Assembly: GCA_031406795.1 (NCBI GenBank)
Contig: JANOHV010000003.1
Coordinates: forward strand, 1 to 32,167
Direction: 5' to 3'
DNA length: 32,167 bases
From: Candidatus Rokuibacteriota bacterium
Lineage (GTDB): Bacteria > JAUVQV01 > DATDCY01
Under the pieces are notes generated by a model. It had not been told where the DNA came from. It did not search any database and was given only the letters and a program-made list of their open reading frames with translations. Of this stretch, positions 1 through 8,658 are shown one piece after another. Numbering within the stretch: the first letter of the stretch is position 1; each line of letters begins with the position of its first letter. The position numbers and the translations under genes are program-made.

Positions 1-246
1 GGCGTCTACAACCCGCCCGGGGGCAACTGGTACCTCTTCAAGAGCACGGAAGGGTTCTTCCAGACGGACTTCGGCTATGCGGGGACGGAACCCGTGGTCG
101 GGGACTTCGACGGCGACGGCCGGGATGATATCGCCGTCTACTTTGCGCCCGGCGGCAACTGGTACATGTTCAAGAGCACCGAAGGGTTCACGCAGACGAC
201 CTTCGGGTTCGATGGGACCATCCCGCTGGGAGGCACGCTGCGCTAG
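1..246 (+). CDS. 3' end (partial) of an FG-GAP/VCBS-like repeat protein, paralog of 568..2811
   Basis: Frame 1 reads GVYNPPGGNWYLFKSTEGFFQTDFGYAGTEPVVGDFDGDGRDDIAVYFAPGGNW...GTIPLGGTLR* (TAG 244-246). It is collinear with 2566..2811, with 20 mismatches in 246 nt by hand count. Confidence 0.9.
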   Translation, partial: GVYNPPGGNWYLFKSTEGFFQTDFGYAGTEPVVGDFDGDGRDDIAVYFAPGGNWYMFKSTEGFTQTTFGFDGTIPLGGTLR

Positions 247-279
247 CAGGCGCGTCCCAGCAGGCTGATTTGGCAACCG

Positions 280-310
280 GCCCCCGCCGCTCACCGCGGC
301 GGGGGCTTTT
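280..310 (+). terminator. Rho-independent terminator
   Basis: GCCCCCGCCGC-TCACC-GCGGCGGGGGC perfect 11-bp stem followed by TTTT, 34 nt after the stop at 246. Confidence 0.8.
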
Positions 311-473
311 GCCGTCTGACCTCTGTCTCAGGCAGTCTCAACTGTGTCGAGGGCGGCTTCGAGACACACGGGTCAACGAGCATGCTGGACCCCTCCGGAG
401 CGTCTCGGACCCGTGGGGGTTCAAGCAGTTGCGACTTCCCGAAGTTCTGCTGGTCAACTTCCGGCATAATTGT

Positions 474-482
474 TGCTATAAT
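474..482 (+). promoter_or_regulatory. Extended -10 sigma70-type promoter for the 568..2811 gene
   Basis: TGcTATAAT perfect extended -10 in an AT-rich patch ~85 nt upstream of ATG 568; SD-like GAGGAGG at 552-558. Confidence 0.65.
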
Positions 483-567
483 AGCCAAAGCGAATAGATT
501 GAGTTCAACGATGAAGAGCGAAGCCGTGTCTTCGAGAACCGAACCGTCCACGAGGAGGGAGTGCGAG

Positions 568-2811
568 ATGGAAAAGACACTTGTCCGGAAGCAGGCAGGC
601 GAACGAAAAGGAAGCGCAGGCAGTGCGCGCCGGGTGCCGTTCGTGCTCATCGCGGTCGCCTTGTGTTTGCTCTTTGCTGCCGGCAGCGCGCAGGCGGCTC
701 TCGACGCTGTAAGTACGGTGAGGAATTTCGCGGGCTTTCCGTCCTGGTATCGGGATCTCCCGGCGGGCGGGAGTCAACTGCAATTGTGCCTCGGACTCAA
801 CCATGACGGTACCGGGTTGCCTGATCCCAATTGCATCCTGCCGACCATCCCTCCGCTCGATCCGCAGTATAACCCTCTGTTGCCTTTCAGCTTTCCGGCC
901 AATTTCCCAAGTGAAGCGTTCTACTGGTTCGCGGAATCCGATATCGCCGCCATCGGCACGGGTGGCGACCATGCACGCCTTCGTTTAGCTCTGGAGGCCG
1001 CATTTGCTACTGAAATTCCCGCGGCGGGAGACCAGATGACCTTCCTGCGGGTCAATCTGTTCCTCATCGCTGGGCTCGCCCCGAACAGCACCTATAACGT
1101 GACCTATCCCTATGGCACCTTCCTGTTTACGACTGATGCTCTCGGGACGGCCATTCCTACCAGCGGTCAGGCATTCAGAGCGGAAGACGGCGGCTTTCCC
1201 ATCGGGATCGTGCCGACCGCCTTTGAACTCCTGCTTCCCGCAACAAGCACCAATGTTTCCCGGCTGTTGAAATGGGACGCGGGCGCGCCGGCAGGATACC
1301 TGGGAGACGCAGCTACACCGCATCTGGTGACGGGGGGAACCAACGGCAATACGTACATCATCGCGGCAGCCGCCGGTCCCGCATTGACTGCGGATATCGA
1401 TCCGCTGACCCCCGGCGTCCAGACCTCGATTTCGTCGAATCTCTTCGTCGTGGCCGGAAAGAATTTCGTGCCGTCGATTTCCGAAGTGACGCCCGTCCCG
1501 ACACCGACCAATAACGATTCTCCGAATTACACGTTTACGGTGAACGACACCGGCACGATCACCTACGGCGGCGACTGCACCAGCACGACGACGACGGCGG
1601 TGTTGGGCAACAACACGATAGCGTTCGCTTTCGTCAAGAACGGGCTTCACACCAACTGCACAATCACGGTGATCAACCAGGCGGGAACGCCCAGCAATGT
1701 CCTGACCGTGACACCCTTTACGGTCGACGCGCCGATTCCCGTTGCAGTTGAACTGGCTCCCGTGTCGAGTCTGACGGGAGACAATACGCCGACCTACGCA
1801 CTCAACTCGACCGAAGCCGGGACCATCGTCTCGGGAGGAAGCTGCCCGGGTACGATCGCGAGCATCACGGCCGGGGACAACACGATCGCCTTCAAGGCTT
1901 TGAAAGACGGGTTGTACAGCGGCTGCACGGCCACCGTGGTCGACCTGGCGACCAACGTCGGCAACACGCTGAATCTGGCGCCCTTTACGATCAGGACGGT
2001 GAAGAACGATTTCGACGGCGATGTTCGCTCGGACATCGGCTGCTACTTCCCGCCCGGAGGCAACTGGTTCGAGTTCCGAAGCACGGACGGCTTCGCGTCG
2101 CCGATCTTCGGGTATGCCGGGACGCTGCCTATCACCGGCGACTTCGACGCCGATGGCAAGGGCGACATCGGCGCCTACTATCCGGCCGGCGGGAACTGGT
2201 ACCTCTTCAGGAGCACGCTCGGGTTCTTCGAGACGACGTTCGGCTTCGCCGGGACGATCCCGGTGGTCGGCGACTTCGACTTCGACGGCAAGACCGACAT
2301 CGGCGCCTACTTTGCGGAGACCGGCAGCTGGTACCTCTTCAAGAGCACGGAAGGGTTCTTCCAGACGGCGTTCGGCTTCGCCGGCACCATTCCCGTCGTC
2401 GGCGACTTCGACGGGGACGGGCGAGACGACATCGGCGCCTACTACCCGCCCGGCGGCAACTGGTACCTGTTCAAGAGCACGGAAGGCTTCTTCCAGACGG
2501 CGTTCGGCTTTGCCGGGACGATCCCGGTGGTCGGGGACTTCGACGGGGACGGCCGGGATGACATCGGCGTCTACAACCCGCCCGGCGGCGACTGGTACCT
2601 GTTCAAGAGCGCGGAGGGGTTCTTCCAGACGCAGTTCGGCTATGCGGGGACGGAACCGGTGGTCGGGGACTTCGACGGCGATGGTCGGGATGACATCGGC
2701 GTCTACTATGCGCCCGGCGGCAACTGGTATATGTTCAAGAGCGCTGAAGGCTTCACGCAGACGACGTTCGGGTTCGATGGGACCATCCCGCTCGGAGGTA
2801 CGCTGCGCTAG
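568..2811 (+). CDS. Secreted/surface protein: signal peptide, unassigned N-terminal domain, two Ig-like repeats, six C-terminal FG-GAP-like (GDFDGDG) repeats
   Basis: ATG 568 follows GAGGAGG. Basic N-region plus hydrophobic VLIAVALCLLFAAGSAQA (AxA cleavage site). Two ~88-aa Thr-rich repeats, each with two Cys (~1468-1998). Six 44-aa repeats with DxDxDG Ca-binding-like loops. Confidence 0.85.
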   Translation: MEKTLVRKQAGERKGSAGSARRVPFVLIAVALCLLFAAGSAQAALDAVSTVRNFAGFPSWYRDLPAGGSQLQLCLGLNHDGTGLPDPNCILPTIPPLDPQYNPLLPFSFPANFPSEAFYWFAESDIAAIGTGGDHARLRLALEAAFATEIPAAGDQMTFLRVNLFLIAGLAPNSTYNVTYPYGTFLFTTDALGTAIPTSGQAFRAEDGGFPIGIVPTAFELLLPATSTNVSRLLKWDAGAPAGYLGDAATPHLVTGGTNGNTYIIAAAAGPALTADIDPLTPGVQTSISSNLFVVAGKNFVPSISEVTPVPTPTNNDSPNYTFTVNDTGTITYGGDCTSTTTTAVLGNNTIAFAFVKNGLHTNCTITVINQAGTPSNVLTVTPFTVDAPIPVAVELAPVSSLTGDNTPTYALNSTEAGTIVSGGSCPGTIASITAGDNTIAFKALKDGLYSGCTATVVDLATNVGNTLNLAPFTIRTVKNDFDGDVRSDIGCYFPPGGNWFEFRSTDGFASPIFGYAGTLPITGDFDADGKGDIGAYYPAGGNWYLFRSTLGFFETTFGFAGTIPVVGDFDFDGKTDIGAYFAETGSWYLFKSTEGFFQTAFGFAGTIPVVGDFDGDGRDDIGAYYPPGGNWYLFKSTEGFFQTAFGFAGTIPVVGDFDGDGRDDIGVYNPPGGDWYLFKSAEGFFQTQFGYAGTEPVVGDFDGDGRDDIGVYYAPGGNWYMFKSAEGFTQTTFGFDGTIPLGGTLR
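2005..2796 (+). repeat. Six tandem 132-bp (44-aa) coding repeats
   Basis: Units start at ~2005, 2137, 2269, 2401, 2533 and 2665; consensus GDFDGDGRDDIGxYYPPGGNWYLFKSTEGFFQTxFGFAGTIPVV. Confidence 0.95.
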
Positions 2812-2842
2812 CACGAAAGCGTTGAGAGGTTCGTTCGGCGAT

Positions 2843-2873
2843 CGGCCCCCGTCGCTCATCCCGGCGGGGGCCG
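2843..2873. terminator. Hairpin between convergent genes (probable terminator), homologous to 280..306
   Basis: CGGCCCCCGTCG-CTCATCC-CGGCGGGGGCCG stem-loop at the same 34-nt offset from the stop as the upstream copy; weak U-tract. Confidence 0.6.
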
Positions 2874-2913
2874 TTCGTCTGCCGATTCGTGTCGCGCGGC
2901 GGTGCCCGCAAGT

Positions 2914-3798
2914 TCAGGAGGCAGGGACTGCCGGAATCTCCTTTCTGATCGCCTCGCCGTCCAGCCCCTCGCCGATCACCACCATCCGGCCGTCGTCGAT
3001 CGGGTGCCCGAAGAATTCATTGGAGCGGTTGCCGAACGCCAGGTCGAACCGCCAGGGCCCGCGGTCGGTCGCCGCGAGCGCTTTGGCGCGCACCACTCTC
3101 CCGTACCGTCCCGCCGCCAGGTCGCCGAACATCCGCTCCAGCGTCTCGAAGGGGATTCCTGCCGGGACCTTGAACGACACCGTGTCGAAGCGAAAATGCG
3201 CGTGGCCTGCGGGCACGATGTCCCTTTCAGCGCGACCCGCGGGCAGGGCCCCGTCGAGCTGCGCCTGCACGGTTGGCACGACGACAGCCGCCGGGTTCAG
3301 CGATTCGATCACCGCCACGGTCCGCGCGGTCGTCTCCGCTCCCGCCAAATCGGTCTTGTTCACGAGGATCACGTCGGCGTTGACGATCTGGTCGCGGAAG
3401 AACGTGCCGAACATCGCCGCTTCGTGCAGTTCCAGGAACTCCGTCGCGTCCACGATACCGACGACCGACACCTGGCTGATGCCGGCGCTTTCAAGCGCCT
3501 CCAGCACGCCGGAGGGCGAGGCGACTCCGCTCGGTTCGATGACCAGATGCTCGGGGTCGAAGGTAGCGCGGATGCGCTCGACGGTGGTGATCAGGTCGAA
3601 CTTGAGCGTGCAGCAGACACAGCCGCTCGGCAGCTCGACCGCTTCGATGCCGGCGGCGGAAAAGACCTCGCCGTCGATGCCGAGCGCCCCGAAGTCGTTG
3701 ACGAGCACCACGGTGCGCTCGCGCGATGCCTTCAGCAGCCGCCCGATGAACGTGGTCTTGCCGGAGCCGAGCATGCCGGATACGACGGTCGTCTTCAT
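2914..3798 (-). CDS. CobW/COG0523-family G3E P-loop GTPase (putative metallochaperone), 294 aa
   Basis: MKTTVVSGMLGSGKTT Walker A, VLVNDFG, ELPSGCVCC (GCxCC), LVIEPSG Walker B, NKTD; CobW_C-like tail VVRAKA. GGGAGG SD precedes ATG 3798; the longer ORF to 4677 is an antisense extension. Confidence 0.9.
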   Translation of the reverse strand: MKTTVVSGMLGSGKTTFIGRLLKASRERTVVLVNDFGALGIDGEVFSAAGIEAVELPSGCVCCTLKFDLITTVERIRATFDPEHLVIEPSGVASPSGVLEALESAGISQVSVVGIVDATEFLELHEAAMFGTFFRDQIVNADVILVNKTDLAGAETTARTVAVIESLNPAAVVVPTVQAQLDGALPAGRAERDIVPAGHAHFRFDTVSFKVPAGIPFETLERMFGDLAAGRYGRVVRAKALAATDRGPWRFDLAFGNRSNEFFGHPIDDGRMVVIGEGLDGEAIRKEIPAVPAS

Positions 3799-3873
3799 GA
3801 GCCTCCCGCTCCGCGGTGCCAGTATCGCTCGCCGCCTGCGTGGCGGAGCCCGCGGGCGGCGAGAAAGCGACCC

Positions 3874-3882
3874 ATAGTACCA
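3874..3882 (-). promoter_or_regulatory. Putative extended -10 promoter for the CobW-family gene
   Basis: Minus strand reads TGgTACTAT ~75 nt upstream of ATG 3798. Confidence 0.45.
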
Positions 3883-3928
3883 GCAGATCGTCGCGAGCGG
3901 CCGCACCTGGCGTCGGCGCGGAACGCGC

Positions 3929-3957
3929 TTGACACCGGCCGGGAGGCGTGTCACTCT
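3929..3957 (+). promoter_or_regulatory. Putative sigma70 promoter for the riboswitch/bza operon
   Basis: TTGACA (3929-3934), 17-nt spacer, then TGt-CACTCT, directly upstream of the riboswitch P1. Confidence 0.55.
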
Positions 3958-3979
3958 CCCGTCTCGGAGTATGAGAGTC

Positions 3980-4182
3980 TCTGCAGGGTGACGCCGCTTC
4001 GGCACGACCGAGGCGGCGCACAAGAGGAAATCGGGTGAGATTCCCGAGCGGTCCCGCCGCTGTGAACGGGGAGCGGACCCGCAGAAAGCCACTGCCCCCA
4101 ACCGGCCGGAGGAAGGTCGGGAAGAGGGGCGGGAAGGCGCGGGCGAGCGACGATCCGTGAGCCAGAAGGCCTGCCCTGCAGA
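3980..4182 (+). ncRNA. Cobalamin riboswitch aptamer
   Basis: AAGAGGAAATCGGGTGAGATTCCCGAGCGGTCCCGCCGCTGTGAAC, GCCACTG...GGGAAGGC and GAGCCAGAAGGCCTGCC B12 box; P1 TCTGCAGGGT (3980-3989) pairs with GCCCTGCAGA (4173-4182). Confidence 0.95.
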
Positions 4183-4228
4183 ATTGTCGGACCCCTCGCG
4201 AGAAGGGGTCGAGTGTGGAGACGATGGC

Positions 4229-4268
4229 AAAGCCTCCAGCCGGAAACGGGCTGGGGGCTTTTCTTTTT
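4229..4268 (+). terminator. Riboswitch expression-platform terminator
   Basis: AAAGCCTCCAGCC...GGCTGGGGGCTTT stem followed by TCTTTTT, between the aptamer and the bzaF start. Confidence 0.85.
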
Positions 4269-4318
4269 GGAGCCCCGGCCGACCCCGAGCGAAAAGCGCT
4301 CGGAGAAGGAGACAGGGC

Positions 4319-5626
4319 ATGGCATCACAGATCGAACGGGCACGGGCAGGAGAAGTCACTCCGGAGATGGCGCAGGTGGGGCGGGACGAGGAGCTCTCCC
4401 CGGATATCATCCGCGAGCGGGTGGCCAGGGGCACCATCGTCATCCCCAACAACACGAACCGCAAGCACCGCGCTGTCGGCATCGGCGAGGGCTTGCGGAC
4501 CAAGGTCAACGCGAGCATCGGCACCTCGAGCGACATCGTCGACGTGCAGGCCGAGATCGCCAAGGCCAAAGCCGCCGAAGAGGAGGGGGCCGACACGCTG
4601 ATGGAGTTGTCGGTCGGCGGCAACCTCGACGAGATCCGGCGCGAGGTGCTGGCCGCGACCAACCTGCCGGTCGGCAACGTCCCGCTCTACCAGGCCTTCT
4701 GCGAGGCCACGCGCCGCTACGGCCACCCCGACAAGCTCGACGAGGAGCTGCTCTTCGAATTGATCGAGCGCCAGTGCGCCGACGGCATGAGCTTCATGGC
4801 GATCCACTGCGGCATCAACCTCTACACGATCGAGCGGCTCAAGAAGCAGGGGTACCGCTATGGCGGCCTCGTGTCCAAAGGCGGCACCTTCATGATCTCC
4901 TGGATGCTCGCCAACAAGAAGGACAACCCGCTGTACGCGAAGTTCGATCGCGTCGCCGCCATCCTGAAGAAATACGACGTGGTGCTGAGCCTGGGCAACG
5001 GCATCCGCGCCGGCGCGATCCACGACTCCTCCGACCGGGCCCAGGTGGCCGAGCTGGTCATCAACTGCGAGCTGGCGGAGATCGGCCGGGAGATGGGGTG
5101 CCAGATGATGGTCGAAGGTCCCGGTCACGTGCCGCTGGACGAGATCGAGGGGAACATCCAGCTCGAGAAGCGCATGAGCGGCAACGCGCCGTACTACGTG
5201 CTCGGCCCGCTGCCCTGCGACGTGGGAGCCGGTTACGACCACGTGACGGCGGCCGTCGGCGCCGCGTCCTCCAGCCGCTTCGGCGCGGACCTGATCTGCT
5301 ACATCACGCCGGCCGAGCACCTCGCGCTGCCGACCGTGGACGATGTCCGCGAAGGGGTGCGGGTCGCCCGCCTCGCCGTGCACATGGGCGACGTCGTCAA
5401 GCTCGGCGGCCGGTTCCGGGCCCGCAACATGGAGATGAGCAAGGCCCGGCGCGACATGCAGTGGGGCCGGCAGTTCGAGCTGGGTCTCTTCGGTCCGCTC
5501 GCGAAGCAGATCCGCGCCAGCCGGACGCCCGAGGATAAGGATACTTGTACGATGTGCGGCGATTTCTGCGCCGCCAAGAACGCCGGCGCGCTCTTCTGCG
5601 ACCATGTCTCGGCCGAGAAAAAGTAG
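4319..5626 (+). CDS. bzaF: 5-hydroxybenzimidazole synthase BzaF (ThiC-like radical SAM enzyme), 435 aa
   Basis: ThiC-family motifs RTKVNASIGTS, VGNVPLYQA, EGPGHVP, CYITPAEHL and C-terminal CTMCGDFC. SLGNGIRAGAIHDS replaces ThiC SLGDGLRPG. Single copy under a B12 (not TPP) riboswitch; AAGGAG SD. Confidence 0.9.
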   Translation: MASQIERARAGEVTPEMAQVGRDEELSPDIIRERVARGTIVIPNNTNRKHRAVGIGEGLRTKVNASIGTSSDIVDVQAEIAKAKAAEEEGADTLMELSVGGNLDEIRREVLAATNLPVGNVPLYQAFCEATRRYGHPDKLDEELLFELIERQCADGMSFMAIHCGINLYTIERLKKQGYRYGGLVSKGGTFMISWMLANKKDNPLYAKFDRVAAILKKYDVVLSLGNGIRAGAIHDSSDRAQVAELVINCELAEIGREMGCQMMVEGPGHVPLDEIEGNIQLEKRMSGNAPYYVLGPLPCDVGAGYDHVTAAVGAASSSRFGADLICYITPAEHLALPTVDDVREGVRVARLAVHMGDVVKLGGRFRARNMEMSKARRDMQWGRQFELGLFGPLAKQIRASRTPEDKDTCTMCGDFCAAKNAGALFCDHVSAEKK

Positions 5627-5656
5627 GCGCGTCGAGACGGGGCGCGGGGAGCGAGC

Positions 5657-7282
5657 GTGAGTTTCCATCCGAACGGCGAGACCCTCCGCGGTCCTCAGGA
5701 TCTGGAGGATCTCGCCACTGCTTCCTGGCTCGGCGAGACGCTTTTTGCCGCGCTCGAGCTCGGGGTGTTCGAGTCTCTCGGAGAGGACGCTCTCCCGCTC
5801 GGGGAACTCGCGCGCCGCTGCGGGGTGGACGAAGCGGCTTTGCTCCGGCTGACGCAGGCCCTCTCAGCGCTGGGACTGCTGAGCCTGCATGAGGGATCGG
5901 CCGCCTGCACGACGCTGGCGCGCCGCCACCTGCTGCCGGGGAGCCCCGGCTACCTTGGCAACTCCCTGGTCTACCGTCGGCGCCTCGCCCGAAGCTGGAC
6001 GAGCCTCGCCGACGCCGTGAGGGCCGGTGGGTCGGCGTTGTCTCCGCCCGAGCTGGAGAGCGACGATGAGTATCGGGTGCGGGTGCGCGCTTACCTGCTG
6101 GCGATGGACGACGTGGCCCGCATCAAGGCCGGGCTGATCGCCGAGCGGCTCGACCTGACGAATGTCCACCCGAAGTGCGTGCTCGATCTCGGCGGCGGCG
6201 CCGGCGGGCTCACCGCGGGCGTGCTGCTGCGCAATCCCGGCTGGAGGGGTCTGGCGGTGGACATGCCCGAGGTGGTGGCTGAGGCAAGGCGAGTCTGGGC
6301 TGAGAGGCTGGTCGCCGGGGACGGGGCGGCCAGGAGCCTGCTGGTGCCCCCGGGCGGGAGGGCGCGCCTCGAGTTCGCCGAATGCGACCTCCTGAAACAG
6401 GATCTGCCGGCTGCCCCGGTCGAGGATGGCGGGTGGGGGCTGATCATCGCCTCGAACATCGTCCACGCGTTCGCGGCCCCGGAGTCCGCCGCAATCCTCG
6501 ATCGCGCCGTCGCGGCGCTCGCCCCCGGCGGACTTCTGCTCCTTCACGATTTCTGGACCGACGGCCCCGGCCGAGGACCGGCGAAGGCGGCGCTCTTCGA
6601 CCTTCACATGCTGATCCACACCTACCAGGGCCGCACCTACCCCTGGACCTGGGCGCGGGATCGACTCGCGGAGCGGGGACTCTGCGTCGTCGGGCCCGTG
6701 CCGTTGGGTCGCCGCGGCGAGGAGGATACCTCCCTGATCGTCGGCTCTCGCAGCGAGGCCGGGCTCGCCGCCGTCTCGCTGGGCGATCTCGAGCGCCTCG
6801 ACGCTGTCGCGCGGGAGCTGGGCTTCCTGCGCACGACCCCGATCGATCCGGCCGGCGTGACCACGGCGGCGTGGGTCGGCGAGAAGTGCCGGCACGGCTG
6901 CGCCCGGTACGGCCGAGGCGGCCAGTGCCCGCCCCGCGCGCCCTCCCCGGAGCAGACGAGCGCGATCTTCTCCGGGTATCGTCGGGCGCTGCTGGTTCAC
7001 GGGGAGCCCCCCACGGCCGAGTTTCACCGCCGGATGCTTGAACTTGAGCGCGCCGCTTTTCTCGCCGGCCACCCCAAGGCGCTGGCATTCGTCGCCGGTC
7101 CGTGCAGCCTCTGCGACGAGTGCCGTCCCGACGACTGCCGGCTGCCCGAGCAAACCCGGCCTTCGCTGGAGGCGGCGGGCGTGGATGTGTATGCGGCGGC
7201 AGCGACGGTGGGATGGCGGCTGGATCCCGTCCCGGATCGCGAGTCCCCGGCGGCCTTTCTCGGCCTGCTGCTGGTGGATTGA
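5657..7282 (+). CDS. bzaC: BzaC-like SAM-dependent O-methyltransferase with C-terminal DUF2284 Cys-rich domain
   Basis: N-terminal dimerisation region (AALELGVFE), VLDLGGGAG SAM motif, SNIVH, LAPGGLLLLHDF. C-terminal KCRHGC..QCPP..GPCSLCDEC..C..P..RPSLEAAGVD. Directly follows bzaF. Confidence 0.85.
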   Translation: MSFHPNGETLRGPQDLEDLATASWLGETLFAALELGVFESLGEDALPLGELARRCGVDEAALLRLTQALSALGLLSLHEGSAACTTLARRHLLPGSPGYLGNSLVYRRRLARSWTSLADAVRAGGSALSPPELESDDEYRVRVRAYLLAMDDVARIKAGLIAERLDLTNVHPKCVLDLGGGAGGLTAGVLLRNPGWRGLAVDMPEVVAEARRVWAERLVAGDGAARSLLVPPGGRARLEFAECDLLKQDLPAAPVEDGGWGLIIASNIVHAFAAPESAAILDRAVAALAPGGLLLLHDFWTDGPGRGPAKAALFDLHMLIHTYQGRTYPWTWARDRLAERGLCVVGPVPLGRRGEEDTSLIVGSRSEAGLAAVSLGDLERLDAVARELGFLRTTPIDPAGVTTAAWVGEKCRHGCARYGRGGQCPPRAPSPEQTSAIFSGYRRALLVHGEPPTAEFHRRMLELERAAFLAGHPKALAFVAGPCSLCDECRPDDCRLPEQTRPSLEAAGVDVYAAAATVGWRLDPVPDRESPAAFLGLLLVD

Positions 7283-7287
7283 CGGGT

Positions 7288-8658
7288 ATGCGCATCCTGC
7301 TGGTTCAGGCCCCGTCGGTGGAGGGACCCGCGTCCGAGATCGTGGCGCCGTTGGGTCTGGGCATCGTCGCCGATGCGGCCCGCCGTGGCGGACATGAGGT
7401 CGATCTGCTGGATCTGAACGTGATCGAGACGCCCTTCGCTGCCCTCGAGGCGGCAATCGAACGCCACGATCCCGACGTTGTCGGCGTCGGGCTGCGCAAC
7501 ATCGACCCGCTGGCGAACCGCCGCCACTCCTACCTGCCCGGCTTCGCCGCGCTGTTGAGCACGGTTCGCCGCAAGCTGCCCGATTTGCCGCTCGTGGTTG
7601 GGGGCGCAGGCTTCTCGATGTTCGCGGCCGAACTGATGGCGCGCTATCCCGCGATCGACATCGGCGTCGTCCTCGAAGGGGAGGAGACGCTTCCAGCTCT
7701 TCTCGCGCGGCTGGAGGCAGGCGAGAGCGTCGGCGACATCGCCGGCCTTCCCGGGACCATCATGCGCCCCCGCCGCGGGACAGCCGATTTAATCAGGGGC
7801 CCGGGCCGGACGCGGATCTCTACGGCGCGGCTGGATGTTCAGCGCGAGTGGCTCCCGGAATTCGTCGCCCTGTACCAGGGGCGGTCCTCCTACGCCCCGG
7901 CCGCCGGGGTGGAGACCAAGCGCGGCTGCCCGCTGGGGTGTTCCTACTGCGTCTACCCGGCGCTGCAGGGTCGCCGGCTGCGCTTTCGCTCGCCCGAGAC
8001 GATCGTCGCCGAGGTGGAGTCGCTCCACCGGGAGGCCGGAGTCGGCTGGGTGCACTTCACCGACCCCGTCCTCAATGTGCCCCCCGAGCACTTCCGGGAT
8101 CTCTGCCGCCGCCTCCGGAGCCGCAAGCTGCCGGTGCGCTGGACCGGCTTCTTCCGGGAAAACACGCTCACCCCGGCGGACGCCGAGCTTGCGGTGAGCG
8201 CCGGCTGCGCGGCCTTCCAGTTCTCGGGAGACGGAACCTGCGACCGCACGCTCGCCCGGCTGCGCAAGGGGTTGACCCGGGCGGAAATCCTCCAGGCGGC
8301 CCGGACCGTCGCCGCGACCGATGCGCTGGCTGTCTACCACTTCATGGTCAACGTGCCCGGCACCGACGCCGCCGTGGCCCGGGATGCGCGGGAACTCGTC
8401 GACCGGCTCCACGACATCCACGAGCCCCGCATGAACCTCGGGGCGATCGTGTTCAACAACCTTCGGGTCTACCCCGGAACCCCGCTGGCCCGGGAGCTTG
8501 CGGTTGCGGGCCGCCTCGAGCCTGCGGCTACGCTGCTCTTCCCGACATACCACGATCCGGCGCCGTTCCAGGACCTGCGCTACGAACTGGAGGAGCGCCA
8601 CCAGCTGCGAGCGTGTCGCTGGATTCCGCCGTCCACCTCCGGGGAGCAATTACCGTGA
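7288..8658 (+). CDS. bzaD: B12-binding radical SAM methyltransferase, BzaD-like
   Basis: MRILLVQAP..PLGLG..DVVGVGLRNID..VVGGAGFS..EGEET B12-binding domain; ETKRGCPLGCSYC (CX3CX2C); third gene of the bza operon. Confidence 0.8.
   Translation: MRILLVQAPSVEGPASEIVAPLGLGIVADAARRGGHEVDLLDLNVIETPFAALEAAIERHDPDVVGVGLRNIDPLANRRHSYLPGFAALLSTVRRKLPDLPLVVGGAGFSMFAAELMARYPAIDIGVVLEGEETLPALLARLEAGESVGDIAGLPGTIMRPRRGTADLIRGPGRTRISTARLDVQREWLPEFVALYQGRSSYAPAAGVETKRGCPLGCSYCVYPALQGRRLRFRSPETIVAEVESLHREAGVGWVHFTDPVLNVPPEHFRDLCRRLRSRKLPVRWTGFFRENTLTPADAELAVSAGCAAFQFSGDGTCDRTLARLRKGLTRAEILQAARTVAATDALAVYHFMVNVPGTDAAVARDARELVDRLHDIHEPRMNLGAIVFNNLRVYPGTPLARELAVAGRLEPAATLLFPTYHDPAPFQDLRYELEERHQLRACRWIPPSTSGEQLP

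Noticed and set aside
382..567. Longer N-terminus of the 809-aa ORF
   Set aside because: The promoter (474-482), SD and signal peptide all point to ATG 568.
2005..2796. CRISPR-like periodicity
   Set aside because: The 132-bp period is an in-frame protein repeat with no unique spacers and no cas genes.
1..2811. DGR template/variable repeat pair (1..246 versus 2566..2811)
   Set aside because: The mismatches are not adenine-specific (A in only 4 of 20 in one copy and 1 of 20 in the other; many synonymous C/G swaps), both copies are coding, and no reverse transcriptase lies in the window.
985..3877. Long overlapping ORFs 985..2859 (-) and 2021..3877 (+)
   Set aside because: Antisense or off-frame shadows of real genes in high-GC repetitive DNA; low-complexity Arg/Ser/Ala translations with no motifs.
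3799..4677. N-terminal 293 aa of the 587-aa minus-strand ORF
   Set aside because: It overlaps the riboswitch and bzaF in antisense; the GTPase begins at MKTTVVSG (3798) with its own SD.
4319..5626. Calling this gene thiC
   Set aside because: The B12 riboswitch, downstream bzaCDE-like genes and the LGNGIRAG motif favour BzaF.
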